From IMG/VR virus record IMGVR_UViG_3300019487_000017: 64,000 nucleotides of DNA; one strand, 5' to 3'. Position 1 is the stretch's first letter; each line of letters opens with the position of its first letter. Below are positions 1 through 11,259 of this stretch, in pieces. Source of the stretch: a virus. Made by a program: the position numbers and the translations under genes. Under the pieces are notes generated by a model that saw only the letters and a list, made by a program, of their open reading frames with translations, was not told the DNA's origin and searched no databases.

Positions 1-37
1 CGAATTTCAGCGATGGATTTGGCAAAAGAAAGCTGAA

Positions 38-742
38 ATGCAATATAGTGGTATTTCAATTGGTCATTTTGAAGATGAAGAATCATATCTCAAAATACCT
101 TTTGATTCTGAAAAACCCATTACACATTCATATAAACAATGCCCAGAGGCTGAGTACATCCAAGTAGAAAGACAACTTAGATTTGCTCATGATGCAGGAT
201 TTACTGGAACATTCTACGTTGCTCATGTATCTAATCCTGCAACGGTCCTGTTGTGCGAAGATTACAGGCGAAAACATACGCTTCATAATAAAAGGTTTGA
301 TGTAGTTTTAGAGGCAACATGGCATCATCTTTTTCTTAATACAACTCATTATGATACATATGGAACATATGTAAAAATGAACCCGCCTCTTAGACCAAAG
401 CCATTGCAAGAAATGTTATTACAACATCTTTTAAGGGGAGAGATTGATATTATTGGAACTGATCATGCTCCACATCCTATAGAAAAGAAAACAGGACCAA
501 ATGCTTATTCTGGGATACCAGCAATATTATTCTGGCCCTATGGAATAAAGATGCTTAAAGATTTGGGAATGAAAACAGAACGAATTGAATATATTACTTC
601 GCATAAAGCTAATATTCTCTTTTTCCACAATTCACTAAAAACGAACATTATAAAACTGAACTTTTCGTTTGAAGAGATGAATCCATATTGGAAAAAATAT
701 GATTTTAACCCATTTAGCGCATTTATGCAGGACACAATTTAA
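38..742 (+). CDS. pyrC: Dihydroorotase (amidohydrolase family); probably N-terminally truncated by the window edge
   Basis: Motifs HFED, YVAHVS, EATWHHLFL, KMNPPLR, IGTDHAPH, SGIP. The N-terminal HxH motif is absent, so the true start is likely upstream of base 1. Confidence 0.88.
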   Translation: MQYSGISIGHFEDEESYLKIPFDSEKPITHSYKQCPEAEYIQVERQLRFAHDAGFTGTFYVAHVSNPATVLLCEDYRRKHTLHNKRFDVVLEATWHHLFLNTTHYDTYGTYVKMNPPLRPKPLQEMLLQHLLRGEIDIIGTDHAPHPIEKKTGPNAYSGIPAILFWPYGIKMLKDLGMKTERIEYITSHKANILFFHNSLKTNIIKLNFSFEEMNPYWKKYDFNPFSAFMQDTI

Positions 743-1174
743 ATCGAAAGGATATATGCTATGACTATCGGTGACATACGAAGGGAAATGAAAAAGTTGC
801 GTCATTTGCCAGATGATAGACAAATTATTGTGGAAGTTAAGAAAGATAATGCATATACCTCAACTTTAGTAGGAGAAGTAAAAACCGGAAGAGATATCTT
901 TCAAAGACCAACTTTGCTAATCAAAGCGGATCTCAGTAGTGATGATTTTTAATTATGGAAAAACAAAAATACATAATCAATGTTCATAGAGATAGCTGGG
1001 ATTTTGTAGAATCAGATTGGATAGAAAAACTATCATCAAATATAGAAGTTTTGGAAGTGGGTTCTACATCGTGCATTATATATTGTTATCCAACAGAACT
1101 TCCGTTAGTTAAACAACTACTTGGTTTCACTGAGTCATTTCCTTATTTTTGGATCGAAGAAAAAGATTAAACAA

Positions 1175-1387
1175 ATGGATACATTAAAGAAATATATTGT
1201 TCGTATTCTTCCAAATACAACACTTAATGAAGTTGAAAATTTTCTCATAAATAAACAATGTGTTGTTAAAGTCTTACATAATATGGGAATGTTAATTGTA
1301 GATACAAACTTATCAGAAGCTGAACTATTAGCCGTTCCAGGTATTAAATCTTGTAAAGAAGATAGGATAGTTGCTCAACCAGACTAA
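1175..1387 (+). CDS. Small protein resembling the I9 subtilisin-propeptide (ferredoxin-like) fold
   Basis: KKYIVRI...GMLIVD...ELLAVPGIKSCKEDRIV pattern; ATG at 1175, in frame with track ORF 1121-1387. Confidence 0.4.
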   Translation: MDTLKKYIVRILPNTTLNEVENFLINKQCVVKVLHNMGMLIVDTNLSEAELLAVPGIKSCKEDRIVAQPD

Positions 1388-1402
1388 CAAAGGAACTAGT
1401 TT

Positions 1403-1966
1403 ATGTGTATGAGTTATTCCAAAAATAATACCGAATTACTACTAAAAAGATTTAAGAATAAACCAACTATTACAGCATATAAGGTTTATAATCTTGTCCA
1501 AAAAAAGTCTAGATATTCCAACCAAGCTACCTATGTTTTAGAATCGCCTTTTCATTTTCAGAAACCCATTTGCATTACAGATACAGGATTTATCCATTCT
1601 AATAGAAGAGATACATCACTTACCAAAAATGAGAAACGTTGGCTTTTCGTAGAGAAAGGTGTTCATGTCCTACTTAAAAAACAAGGAGATTATTATAAAA
1701 GAATAAATGAAGGTGGTTTTAGAATATGTTTACCTGTAGAATGTGCTAGAAAAGATTTTGTAGGATGTAGTCCGGATCTCATCAGAGCTGTTTTCAAGAA
1801 AGTAAAAATTCAACAGTCTACAATAAATAAATATGTCATTCCAGCAATAAAGAAAATTGTAAGAAAAAATAGAATTAGTTTTGACACCAATAAAGATTTA
1901 TATTTCATTAATAGTGGTTCTGCAAAATTTAACCGCTATAAATTCAATATCAAGAAAGCTAAATAA
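1403..1966 (+). CDS. Hypothetical phage protein, paralog of 4912-5517
   Basis: AAGGA RBS; shares MC-S, YK, SPF, VE-G-HV, V-C and AVF motifs with 4912-5517. Confidence 0.7.
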   Translation: MCMSYSKNNTELLLKRFKNKPTITAYKVYNLVQKKSRYSNQATYVLESPFHFQKPICITDTGFIHSNRRDTSLTKNEKRWLFVEKGVHVLLKKQGDYYKRINEGGFRICLPVECARKDFVGCSPDLIRAVFKKVKIQQSTINKYVIPAIKKIVRKNRISFDTNKDLYFINSGSAKFNRYKFNIKKAK

Positions 1967-2698
1967 ATGGGAAGCAAAATTCACAAAGTAATCGGATGGG
2001 GATTGACCAATGTTGAAACTCATAAAAATAAAATAAATGATCCTAGATTCACAGATGTTATCCAAAGTAAGGGTTTCGATCCTTATGTAGGCGAAGAAAT
2101 AATTGAATGGATAAAGAAAAAGCCGAACCAAACGAAGATATCTAAACTAATCACAGAAGCAAATGGGGATGAATGGAATAAACACTCTAAAATCAGATAT
2201 ATCCCTTATAGCTTGTTATGGCTTTCAAAAGAATCTAAAAACGAACGTACATTGCCTCCCGTTGTTATTTACGATCCAGAATACGGACTTAAAAACACCA
2301 TTGTCTTTACATCTTTTGATGATAGTGATATCTATAGATTTGATGATTTAATTGACTATTATGAATGTGAAAATACAAAACCTAAAGTTAAAAATTTATC
2401 TAAAAGATGCGGTATATTTCCAAATCTTGGTATAGTACGTATACCAGGCTCACAATCTAAAAATCCTACTTTGCAGAAAACATATACTCCTGCAGGATAT
2501 TCTATGTTAGTGGGAAATTGGGATCCAAAACTTAAGCCATTAGCAAGTTCTGCAGAAGAAATAGAGGATCTAAAAAACAATTACCGTCCAGTAATATCAT
2601 CAACGGTAATGGTTTCCACCTATTATCTTAAAATATTTAAAGATTGGAAGAAAACAATACAGGAATTGCGACCAATGCTTTACACCTACTGGAGCTAA
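1967..2698 (+). CDS. Hypothetical protein
   Basis: 243-aa ORF abutting the upstream stop codon. Confidence 0.75.
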   Translation: MGSKIHKVIGWGLTNVETHKNKINDPRFTDVIQSKGFDPYVGEEIIEWIKKKPNQTKISKLITEANGDEWNKHSKIRYIPYSLLWLSKESKNERTLPPVVIYDPEYGLKNTIVFTSFDDSDIYRFDDLIDYYECENTKPKVKNLSKRCGIFPNLGIVRIPGSQSKNPTLQKTYTPAGYSMLVGNWDPKLKPLASSAEEIEDLKNNYRPVISSTVMVSTYYLKIFKDWKKTIQELRPMLYTYWS

Positions 2699-2810
2699 AT
2701 ATGAGCGTCCTGAAATCAATAATCATCTGCCTTATTGCTTTGGGATTCTTGATTTTTCTTGTTTGGTTGTTTCCATCCCAAATAAATAATATCTACTTTC
2801 TACCATAATT

Positions 2811-3500
2811 ATGAGAAAATTTAGTATAATTATACCTTCTTGTAGTCAAAAACATCTTATATTATGTTTGTCAAGCATTATTAAAACTACAGATTTTCGT
2901 ATTTATGATACTGAAGTTATTGTAGTTTTAAATGGAGCTGGAAAAGAAACAGTAGAATACATCGATTCGTTAGGACCACATTTCTCTTCTATCTACTTTG
3001 AAAACAAAATAGGCGTATGCTCTGCCATGAATGCTGGCGCAAAAGCTGCAACAGGTAAATACATTATCAAGATAGATGATGATTGCGAGATTCTTCCTTG
3101 GGGGAATGAATCACAATGGCTTGAAAGACTTCATCATCCATTTAAAATATCCAGACTCATAGGACAAACGGGAACCGCTATCAATCATCATACTGAGTAC
3201 AAGAAACCTTATCAATCCATCCCTGGTTTTTTGTCTATGACAACTAAAAATATTTGGGAAGAATTAAACGGATTTGATGAAGAATATAATCCAGGCTTTG
3301 GGGAAGATACAGATTTTAGTTTCAGAGTACAGAACTTAGGTTATAAGATAGTTTCTGTAGTAGAAAATCCTATCTTCATGAACCAAATGTATATTAATAC
3401 ATCATACCCGTTATGGCATAAATCTATCTCTAACTATTCATCTGATTTACAAACTTTAATTGCTAAAAATAATCAGATTCTTAAAAGAAAGTTTTCTTAA
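2811..3500 (+). CDS. Glycosyltransferase family 2
   Basis: SIIIP, EVIVVLNG, AMNAG, IDDD (DxD), GFDE, GEDTDFSFR. Confidence 0.9.
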   Translation: MRKFSIIIPSCSQKHLILCLSSIIKTTDFRIYDTEVIVVLNGAGKETVEYIDSLGPHFSSIYFENKIGVCSAMNAGAKAATGKYIIKIDDDCEILPWGNESQWLERLHHPFKISRLIGQTGTAINHHTEYKKPYQSIPGFLSMTTKNIWEELNGFDEEYNPGFGEDTDFSFRVQNLGYKIVSVVENPIFMNQMYINTSYPLWHKSISNYSSDLQTLIAKNNQILKRKFS

Positions 3501-4204
3501 CTTTCTCCAGAATATTACCCCCAGCTTATCATTTAAAATACCAAGGAAGGAAGGATATTCACTATAAGACAGGAGGTCGTATGAAACTGTCTACGTCCCA
3601 AAAAAACTTAGTGCATCAATTAAAACAAGGAAACTTTATCACACAAGATAGTAAGGGCAGATTCTATTTAAATGATCGCTTTTCTGTACACCCTACTACA
3701 GTAAAGACTCTTATAGAAAACGAGATTATTAAACAAATAACAGTAAAAGCAAACTCTTTGTGTAAACCAGAGAGATGGGTAATTAACGATGGATACATTG
3801 GAATTGTGGCTTAAACGCATTATCCTAAATATAGTTATATTTACTATATTTAAATGCACCATTTGGAAAGATAATCCCAATTATCCCTACGAAGTTAATC
3901 AAGTTATTTTCCGTACAAAAATGTTTGGCTCTTTGATATTAATATTAATTCTCTATTTTATCATAGATATCGCGTCCCTTATAGCTACTGTAGCTGCCTT
4001 TCTCCAGTAAAATATCTTGTTTTAATAATACAGAGAATATGGGTAAAACATTTGGACAAAAGCTTATTAAAAGCTGTGAAGAATTCATTCAGCATGTCAA
4101 ACAAGGGAAACCAATTAAACAAACCTTTGTTAGACGAATGACAGTGAAAGGTAAAACAGTTTATACCCATGAATCAATTTTCGCGCCCCTAAAAAAGAAA
4201 TAAT

Positions 4205-4903
4205 ATGGAAATTAAGAAAACAAATCGTGGATTTGAAATAATTGAACACCCGTATTATATAGAGACTGATTCAAATCAACCTCAATCCGGTCTACCACAA
4301 CGATTTATACAACAATCATCCGCAATATCACATGAAGATTCCCTGGATAAGGCAGGTTCATCTTATCTCTGGATCGGACCCTATCATCACTTAAATAGAG
4401 AAGAAGTATCACTACTTATTAAACACCTAAGCCATTGGCTGGGAACAGGATCACTAGATTTTAGGAAGAAAATGGCAGTTGATCCTGATGATTATATCTA
4501 TAATTTAACAGAAGAAAGATTAATGAAAGCAATCTCTGTTGATAAAACAGAAAGACTGCAAATATCTCAAAAGAAAATCATTCATTACCTATCTTCATTA
4601 GCTTGCATTTTACATAAACAAAACATATTGTCAGTAGATAATTTAACTGATTTATTACAATTACATACAGATGAAGCAACGAGCCTAAAAGAAAAAACTG
4701 ATCCAGTAAATGTAGAGCGATTTTGCTTTAAAAGAAATGATGAGGTAATTTATCTTCCAGATAATACAGTTTGTACATTTGGATATTATTCTGCAGATCC
4801 AAACTATGCAGTCATATTTGTACCAAATGTTAAAAAAGGAATGCCGGTTGAAATAAAACATCTCGGACCAACTAATAAAACAAAACAGAAAAATCCTAAT
4901 TGA
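4205..4903 (+). CDS. Hypothetical phage protein
   Basis: 232-aa ORF; N-terminal T-RGF...QSS...LWIG...HLNREEV pattern. Confidence 0.7.
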   Translation: MEIKKTNRGFEIIEHPYYIETDSNQPQSGLPQRFIQQSSAISHEDSLDKAGSSYLWIGPYHHLNREEVSLLIKHLSHWLGTGSLDFRKKMAVDPDDYIYNLTEERLMKAISVDKTERLQISQKKIIHYLSSLACILHKQNILSVDNLTDLLQLHTDEATSLKEKTDPVNVERFCFKRNDEVIYLPDNTVCTFGYYSADPNYAVIFVPNVKKGMPVEIKHLGPTNKTKQKNPN

Positions 4904-4911
4904 GATAAATT

Positions 4912-5517
4912 ATGTGCTTAAGTATATCGAAAGATGTAGAAGAAAAAGTAAACGCTATGTTTACAGACACAGATGAAATAGTATGCTATAAATACTATCT
5001 TGTAGAAAATTATACACTTGTTAGTCCCTTTATGCGTACAAAATATGTTGAGCCAGGTACTATAAACTCAAAAATTAATTCTAAATTAACTTCGTCCGAA
5101 ATTTCGTCATGTAGAGTGGAACATGGCATACATGTTTTTATTAATCCTAACACTACAATTAATGACAATTATAAATCTTTCAATGGTCACTATGCAGAAG
5201 TAAAAGTACGTTGTAAAAAAGAACATCTAAGAGCGGCTGGATATTGGAATAATACTACATCACAAAGCGCAGTATTCTCCCAAATCTTTATTCCTGATGA
5301 AGAATTTTATAAACATATACAAAAAGTAGAATTAAGTAAACTCCCCTTAAAAGAAAATGGAATATATCATACGAATCCCTATCATTATTTTCCAGGCGGT
5401 CCTATCACTATAATTAAAATTACCGAAACTTCAGTCAGATTTAAAACACAAAATGATGCAACCTGGGATTGCGGAAAAACATGCTTCTTAGAAAATCTTC
5501 TTGTCGTAAAGGATTAA
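4912..5517 (+). CDS. Hypothetical phage protein, paralog of 1403-1966
   Basis: Motifs shared with 1403-1966. Confidence 0.7.
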   Translation: MCLSISKDVEEKVNAMFTDTDEIVCYKYYLVENYTLVSPFMRTKYVEPGTINSKINSKLTSSEISSCRVEHGIHVFINPNTTINDNYKSFNGHYAEVKVRCKKEHLRAAGYWNNTTSQSAVFSQIFIPDEEFYKHIQKVELSKLPLKENGIYHTNPYHYFPGGPITIIKITETSVRFKTQNDATWDCGKTCFLENLLVVKD

Positions 5518-5518
5518 C

Positions 5519-5803
5519 ATGAGGTTTACTACTCAACAATACGATAAAGCAATTCAAGCCTTAATTGAAGGCAAAGAACAACTTAATCCCGATGGAAAAT
5601 GCTGCTCAATTTGCGGAGACAGCGGGCATATGGCTTGGGAATGCGGTCATAACCCATTACTCGCAATGGAAATGTGTTCTGTTATAGCTAAATCATCCAA
5701 CGAATTACATGAACATTTGCATTACCTCGCAGGACATGATTGGATGTTCGGAGTCCAACATGGTCCAGCAGCAATCGTACCTCCTGATACACAAAAAGAA
5801 TAA
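5519..5803 (+). CDS. Small protein with a CCHC zinc-knuckle-like motif
   Basis: CSICGDSGHMAWEC. Confidence 0.6.
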   Translation: MRFTTQQYDKAIQALIEGKEQLNPDGKCCSICGDSGHMAWECGHNPLLAMEMCSVIAKSSNELHEHLHYLAGHDWMFGVQHGPAAIVPPDTQKE

Positions 5804-6951
5804 ATATGATAGGTGGAATAGTCATACAAATTTGCGGAAATGCTATAGAAGTCTTAGATACTGTTTACCTCGACAGATGTTGGAGACTCTTAGAAAAACC
5901 ATATGAAGTCAAAGAAGGAGACTCGATTTGGTGGCAAAGTAAAAACGCTTATTTGTCAAGAAAACCAGATTTTTCTGATAAACAAATAGGTAAATGTGTA
6001 CCCTGTAACCCATTTGGTAAATAATATGAAATTCTTTGCTGTTATTGTATTCATATTGTTTATTATAGGAATATATATATAACGTTTTCACAAGTTACAA
6101 GAAAAATATGCAACAACTGTAAAAAAGATATCTATCTTTGGGATAAAGAATGCTTCTTCTGCAAAACTAAAAATTCCAGAGATAACAAATGAAAAAACAG
6201 AAAGTAAAAAACCTCCAACGCAAACTATGGTTTGCTGATAAAAAACTAGGAACCTGCTATCAAGTAGAAGCTACACATTTTTCCTGGTATAAACCAATTC
6301 TGGAAGACAGAACAGAAGATAATAAACGCTATTTTGTAAAACCACATAATGCAACACACGCAACCGTTTTTAAACTCTATGAAGAGCTCCATACAAAAAG
6401 AGAATTAGCCTACCAGTGGCTTATACTTTCCCTCTCTCAAGATGTAGAACATATTGTATCCAGAATTCAAAGAGCTACAAGCGAAATTTAAAAGGTAATA
6501 CTTATGATCCTTTTTCTTGTTGGATATTTATCTTTAGCACTATTGGTAGACCTAAAAGCTAATAACTACTTTGTTACTTTAATAGGTAAAATGTTCTGGC
6601 CTGTTACCCTCATAGGATTAGCTTTTATATTTAAAAAAGAACTAACAAACCCAGTAAGATATTGTATTTTAATTACAATTATGATATCTTCCTTAATTGG
6701 TTGGGGAATCTATTGTTTTAATTAATTTTTTACAGAAAGAGAGAAACCATGCATCCTTTAGCTTTACCCTTCGGAAAATCTGGCGCAATGGGAATGAAAT
6801 CAGGCGACAGAATTATCTATACCATCAATGGTAAACATGGCGTAGCCGATGAATTTCTCCCAGACGGAGAAGCATTTGTAACCTTCGATGATAATACCTA
6901 TGATACAGTCAAATGGAATCATCTTATTCCAGAACCAAAAGAAGAAAAACC

Positions 6952-7317
6952 ATGAACATCAAAGTTATTCATGTTCCAGCAAATCCCAACTTACCTATTG
7001 CTGTAAAAGAACTTTCCGATAACGCAGAAATACAGCATCAACAAATGTACGATCTAGTACAAGGATGGTTGGAAATTGTACCAACCCCAACGCATGAAAT
7101 TACCATCTGGTGCAATGAAGAAGGCAAACTACAAAACCTCCCCATCAACAAAAGAATAAATGAACTGTGGCGTTCTATTATCAATACTCAAATGAAAGTT
7201 CCCTCTTTCCTACAATTAGATGTGATTGTAGGAAATGTATTCATTTCCGGTCCCATCTCTCCAGATGGTGATTTAAGCCCCTTACCAGACAGTGTAATCC
7301 AATTACTAACACAATAA
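6952..7317 (+). CDS. DUF3846-like protein
   Basis: LVQGWLEIV, IWCNEEGKLQNLPIN, DVIVGNVFI; ATG at 6952 overlaps the upstream stop. Confidence 0.7.
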   Translation: MNIKVIHVPANPNLPIAVKELSDNAEIQHQQMYDLVQGWLEIVPTPTHEITIWCNEEGKLQNLPINKRINELWRSIINTQMKVPSFLQLDVIVGNVFISGPISPDGDLSPLPDSVIQLLTQ

Positions 7318-7321
7318 TAAA

Positions 7322-7966
7322 ATGTCACTAGAAGTAGAAGCAAAATTCCGTATCACCCCACAACAAGCAACCCAAATACAATCTTTCTTGCGCAAAGAAA
7401 AAGCCACAAAATTGGGTAATAGATTTGAAACCAATGTCTACTTCGATACTAAAAAATCAGATTTTAAGAAAAAAGGCAAAGCAATACGGTTACGCTCAAT
7501 TCAAAAAACAGATCTAAAAACAAGATATGCTAGACTCCTTGATGAACATATATTAACAGTTAAAACCAATTCAAAACTAAAGTCTAAATATAAAAGCAAA
7601 ATCGAACACGAACTTACCGGATTGCCATATGATACTACACTGAATATCCTGAAGGTTCTTAATCTTCAACCTGTCTTGATATTTCAAAAGAAACGAATAA
7701 GCTATAAATATAAAAATGCCAAAATAGAAATTGACCAAATCCCAATTATTGGCTATTTCTGCGAAATAGAAACAAATAATGAAAAACTCATAAAAGAAAT
7801 ACTTAAAGATATCAAATGCGAAAACGTTAAACTTATTAAAATCGGCTATCCATCCATTATTAATAAATTCAACCACAAAATCAAACAACTTTCGTTTATT
7901 CCACCTTTTTATGATTCATCCACCGAAATGTCATTCCTAAAATCAAAAACACCAGGAATCAAATAA
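7322..7966 (+). CDS. CYTH-domain protein (class IV adenylate cyclase / triphosphate tunnel metalloenzyme)
   Basis: ExExK (EVEAKF), NVYFDT, IRLR, KKRISY, IEID, FCEIE. Confidence 0.88.
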   Translation: MSLEVEAKFRITPQQATQIQSFLRKEKATKLGNRFETNVYFDTKKSDFKKKGKAIRLRSIQKTDLKTRYARLLDEHILTVKTNSKLKSKYKSKIEHELTGLPYDTTLNILKVLNLQPVLIFQKKRISYKYKNAKIEIDQIPIIGYFCEIETNNEKLIKEILKDIKCENVKLIKIGYPSIINKFNHKIKQLSFIPPFYDSSTEMSFLKSKTPGIK

Positions 7967-8299
7967 TATGGAGATCCACCCAAATGACATTACCAGAATC
8001 TATTCTGAGTTTGAAAAATATACTTTCAAACTAGCTACCGTCATCTCTAATCAACAAAAAGAACTAGAACGACTTAAAAACGTTGAACAAGAACTTATTA
8101 CAACAAAAGAAAAACTCCAACTAACTCAAAAACAACAACAAAATACACAACTGCTCGTTAAATATACCAACTACAAAGAATTAGAATAAAGATAACCTAT
8201 ATCTCCTGAAAATAACCACCATATGCATAAAAATTTAGGTAACGATATACTTGGCTCATCAAAGGACTTATGAAAATCACGATTTTCCGGGATTTTCTC

Positions 8300-8327
8300 T
8301 TGACTTTTTCTGAAAATAGACGATAAT
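8300..8327 (+). promoter_or_regulatory. Putative sigma70 promoter at the start of the GC-rich island
   Basis: TTGACT-N16-GATAAT. Confidence 0.5.
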
Positions 8328-8407
8328 TCACCTATCAATCGTATTCGCGATTGACTCGGCGACTGAGTGAGTCGTAGCCGCCCCCGCAAGGGGCGAAAGG
8401 AATTCAG

Positions 8408-8638
8408 ATGCAACACACGACTAAAAAATCCGCCATAGCCGCCGCGAAGGCCGACTATCTCGCCGGTAATTTCGGCGACATCTACAACGGCGACCACACC
8501 GGCCCCGAGACCAGCCTCATCCGCTATATTCCGACGCGGGACGGCGTCCTGAGACACGAGCGCAACGATAATGGCGGGGTCACTGGCATCAGGACTCCAC
8601 AGCGGATCATTTTCCGCAAATCCGAAGAGTGTCGCTGA
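8408..8638 (+). CDS. Small hypothetical protein on a high-GC island
   Basis: AAAGGA RBS; GC-rich codons unlike the flanks; flanked by GC-rich hairpins. Confidence 0.7.
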   Translation: MQHTTKKSAIAAAKADYLAGNFGDIYNGDHTGPETSLIRYIPTRDGVLRHERNDNGGVTGIRTPQRIIFRKSEECR

Positions 8639-9406
8639 TCCTTCGCCCGCCGTCGCGCCCCGCAAGGGCCGAGAAATCGACCCCGACGGCGGGCGGCTTT
8701 CGCGCCCGGCAGGCCGTGCGTTTACCCGACCGTTAAGCGGACTTGCCTTATATAAAAATGAAAAAGCATACTTTTACTTTGATAGAAATACTTATGCCCA
8801 ACCTGTAGCCAAATATCTTCTATATAAACTCTCTAAAAAACAACTTAAAGATAAAGAAAAACAACATGAAATGTTCTTGCGGTATGTAGGAAATAACTCA
8901 GACTATAAGCAAGGCAAATTGTCAAAGAAATTAAAAAGATACACAGACCCACTCTTTCCAACACAAATGTGGGGAAAATTACTCAATACACCTCCAAAAT
9001 TAATCAATAAACGTATTAAAAGAAAAAAGAAAATCGCCCGCAAAAAATACCTAAAAGGTCTACTCTATGGAACTATTACCATCATTACCCTATACACCGT
9101 ACTATATGTAATAAACATCTTATGAACTGCGAACTAACTACAAACAAAAACGATTACAATGTAATCACATCTATTGACCTCCCAATACCTCCAGCAATAG
9201 GAAGCACCATACGTATCATAAATCATGAATATGATAGCCTCTATCTAGTCAAAATGACAGAAATCGTCCATAGAACTATCTATCATTCAGAAACCAACAT
9301 CAAACTAGGATATGATACACAAGCTGTCATAGAAGTTATACTTATTAAAAAAGATCCCAATGAATAATGTAAACCACACGCAAAAGGTAATCAACTTTAA
9401 ATAAAT

Positions 9407-9751
9407 ATGTGCCACAGAATAAATAACAAAAATCAATTTAAGAAAATACAAATTGATAACCAATTTGTTAAAGTAGACCAATGCATGGTTAAACTAATTA
9501 AAGACCTAAATAAAAATGGAATAAAAACCTACTCATGCTGCTGCGGACATTATAGAAAAAATATACCACACATAGGCTATTTCTCCACTAATAAAAATAT
9601 CTGGAATATAACAAAATTTATAAGAAAACATAAACCCCACTGGAATAAATACTATAACGTTATTATAACATTTGATAAAAAAGCAAATAAACATGCAGTT
9701 TATATGTATCAAAACTTACCCACCTCTTTACAAAAAACATTTGTAAAATAA
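9407..9751 (+). CDS. Hypothetical protein with a T-SCCCGH motif (TYW3-like signature)
   Basis: VDQCMVKLIKDLN-GIKTYSCCCGH. Confidence 0.55.
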   Translation: MCHRINNKNQFKKIQIDNQFVKVDQCMVKLIKDLNKNGIKTYSCCCGHYRKNIPHIGYFSTNKNIWNITKFIRKHKPHWNKYYNVIITFDKKANKHAVYMYQNLPTSLQKTFVK

Positions 9752-10134
9752 TATGAAATCATCAAAATCCAATTTCGTAATCCCAACACCCAAACAACGA
9801 GTACGAAAAGGTATTAAACTCCTTAATGCTCTTTGCCCTAATTGGATAAGCAAAATAAACCTGTCTAAACTGAATCTAACTTCATTTAATAACTGCCCGT
9901 TAGGACAAATCTTTAATGGATGGAATAATGGCATAAAACAACTAAATCTTGACTCATATGTAGAAGTAAAATGTAAACAACAATACGATCTAGAACCAAT
10001 ACATAAACCAGCACTATACGGATTCGATATGTTCTCGTTATCCCTATGGCTCCCAAAAGATAACTACAGAGAATTAGAAAATGAATGGATTAAAGCAATT
10101 CAAACAAAACTCAAACAAAGAAAAACTACATAAT

Positions 10135-10677
10135 ATGACTAATACAAAACAAATACTAGCCTCAATTCTATACCAATTACAAGCTGTCAAAAAAGGCAAC
10201 TTTACACTCAAATCAGGCGCTGTATCTGATATCTATGTAGATATCCGTCTCGCTGCACTATCTCCATCCAGCCTAACACTTATTACAGAATGTATTATAT
10301 GCTTAATAATAGATTTTATGAAATCAAATGAACTGTGCATAGGATGCGATGAAGGACCAGGACCATCTACTATTCTCGGAGCTATTATATCTAAATATAA
10401 CGTAAATGGCTTTGTTATACGAAAACAAATAAAAGAACACGGAACACAAAAACCATTTGAAGGCACTTTTACGAAAGATATTGTCTTTATCGAAGATGTA
10501 GCTACCACAGGACAAAGTACTATTAATGCAATTGAAAAAATGCCTAATAAACCTAAATGCGTTGTTGTAGTTGTAGATAGAGAAGCAGAAACTAAAGAAG
10601 CACTAAATAAAATAGGCGTAGAACTACACTCTATCTTTACACTTAATGAATTAAGAAATTTTAATGTTATTAAATAA
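10135..10677 (+). CDS. pyrE: Orotate phosphoribosyltransferase
   Basis: FTLKSG...YVDIR, RKQIKEHG, PRPP-binding VFIEDVATTGQS, VVVDR; likely start ATG at 10135. Confidence 0.9.
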   Translation: MTNTKQILASILYQLQAVKKGNFTLKSGAVSDIYVDIRLAALSPSSLTLITECIICLIIDFMKSNELCIGCDEGPGPSTILGAIISKYNVNGFVIRKQIKEHGTQKPFEGTFTKDIVFIEDVATTGQSTINAIEKMPNKPKCVVVVVDREAETKEALNKIGVELHSIFTLNELRNFNVIK

Positions 10678-11259
10678 TATGCATTTTTTAACTAATTATA
10701 TATGTATTTTTAAAGTGTATTTTTAAATTGGTATCGATGGGCGCGCCATTTACGAGAAATCTCCTGAGCCAAAACTTTTTAGTATTTTTATTTTTGGCAA
10801 AAAGATCTTTATGAAAAATTTATTCCATAATCTCCAGCAACCATAAAGATCATAAAAATTCTCATTTTGGATCTATAAAACAAAATTATAAATAGCCACA
10901 AACGAATTATTTTAATATTTTAAAGCACTTTTTATCTCCGGTTGAGTCAAAAGACATATTAAACCTTATAACTGTTTATTTTTATTAAAATAAGCGGTTG
11001 CACCCATTATTCAAAAATAGGAATTTTTATCGTATGAGATATTTTATCTATTTTAAAGAGTAATAATGATTACGACTTCATGTGAAATGGTTTAAGTTAA
11101 GGATATAACAGGAGAAGGAAATAGAATTTAAGGCACTGTACGTGGTAGTTAACATGCTATGCATGTTAAAGTTATAGTGGCTGTGAATCCTCTCCGGTCA
11201 ACATTTTAACTTTTTTAAGAAAGATGCAAGATTCGTTTTAGATAAGATAGGTAAGGAAC
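10678..11259. other. AT-rich non-coding gap with GC-skew inversion; candidate replication origin
   Basis: The + strand is A/C-rich to the left and G/T-rich to the right, although genes on both sides are on +. Confidence 0.5.

Noticed and set aside
8571-9125. 184-aa ORF spanning the edge of the GC island
   Set aside because: Its N-terminal part runs through the GC hairpins and overlaps 8408-8638. The real gene probably starts near 8871, or is a remnant interrupted by the island.
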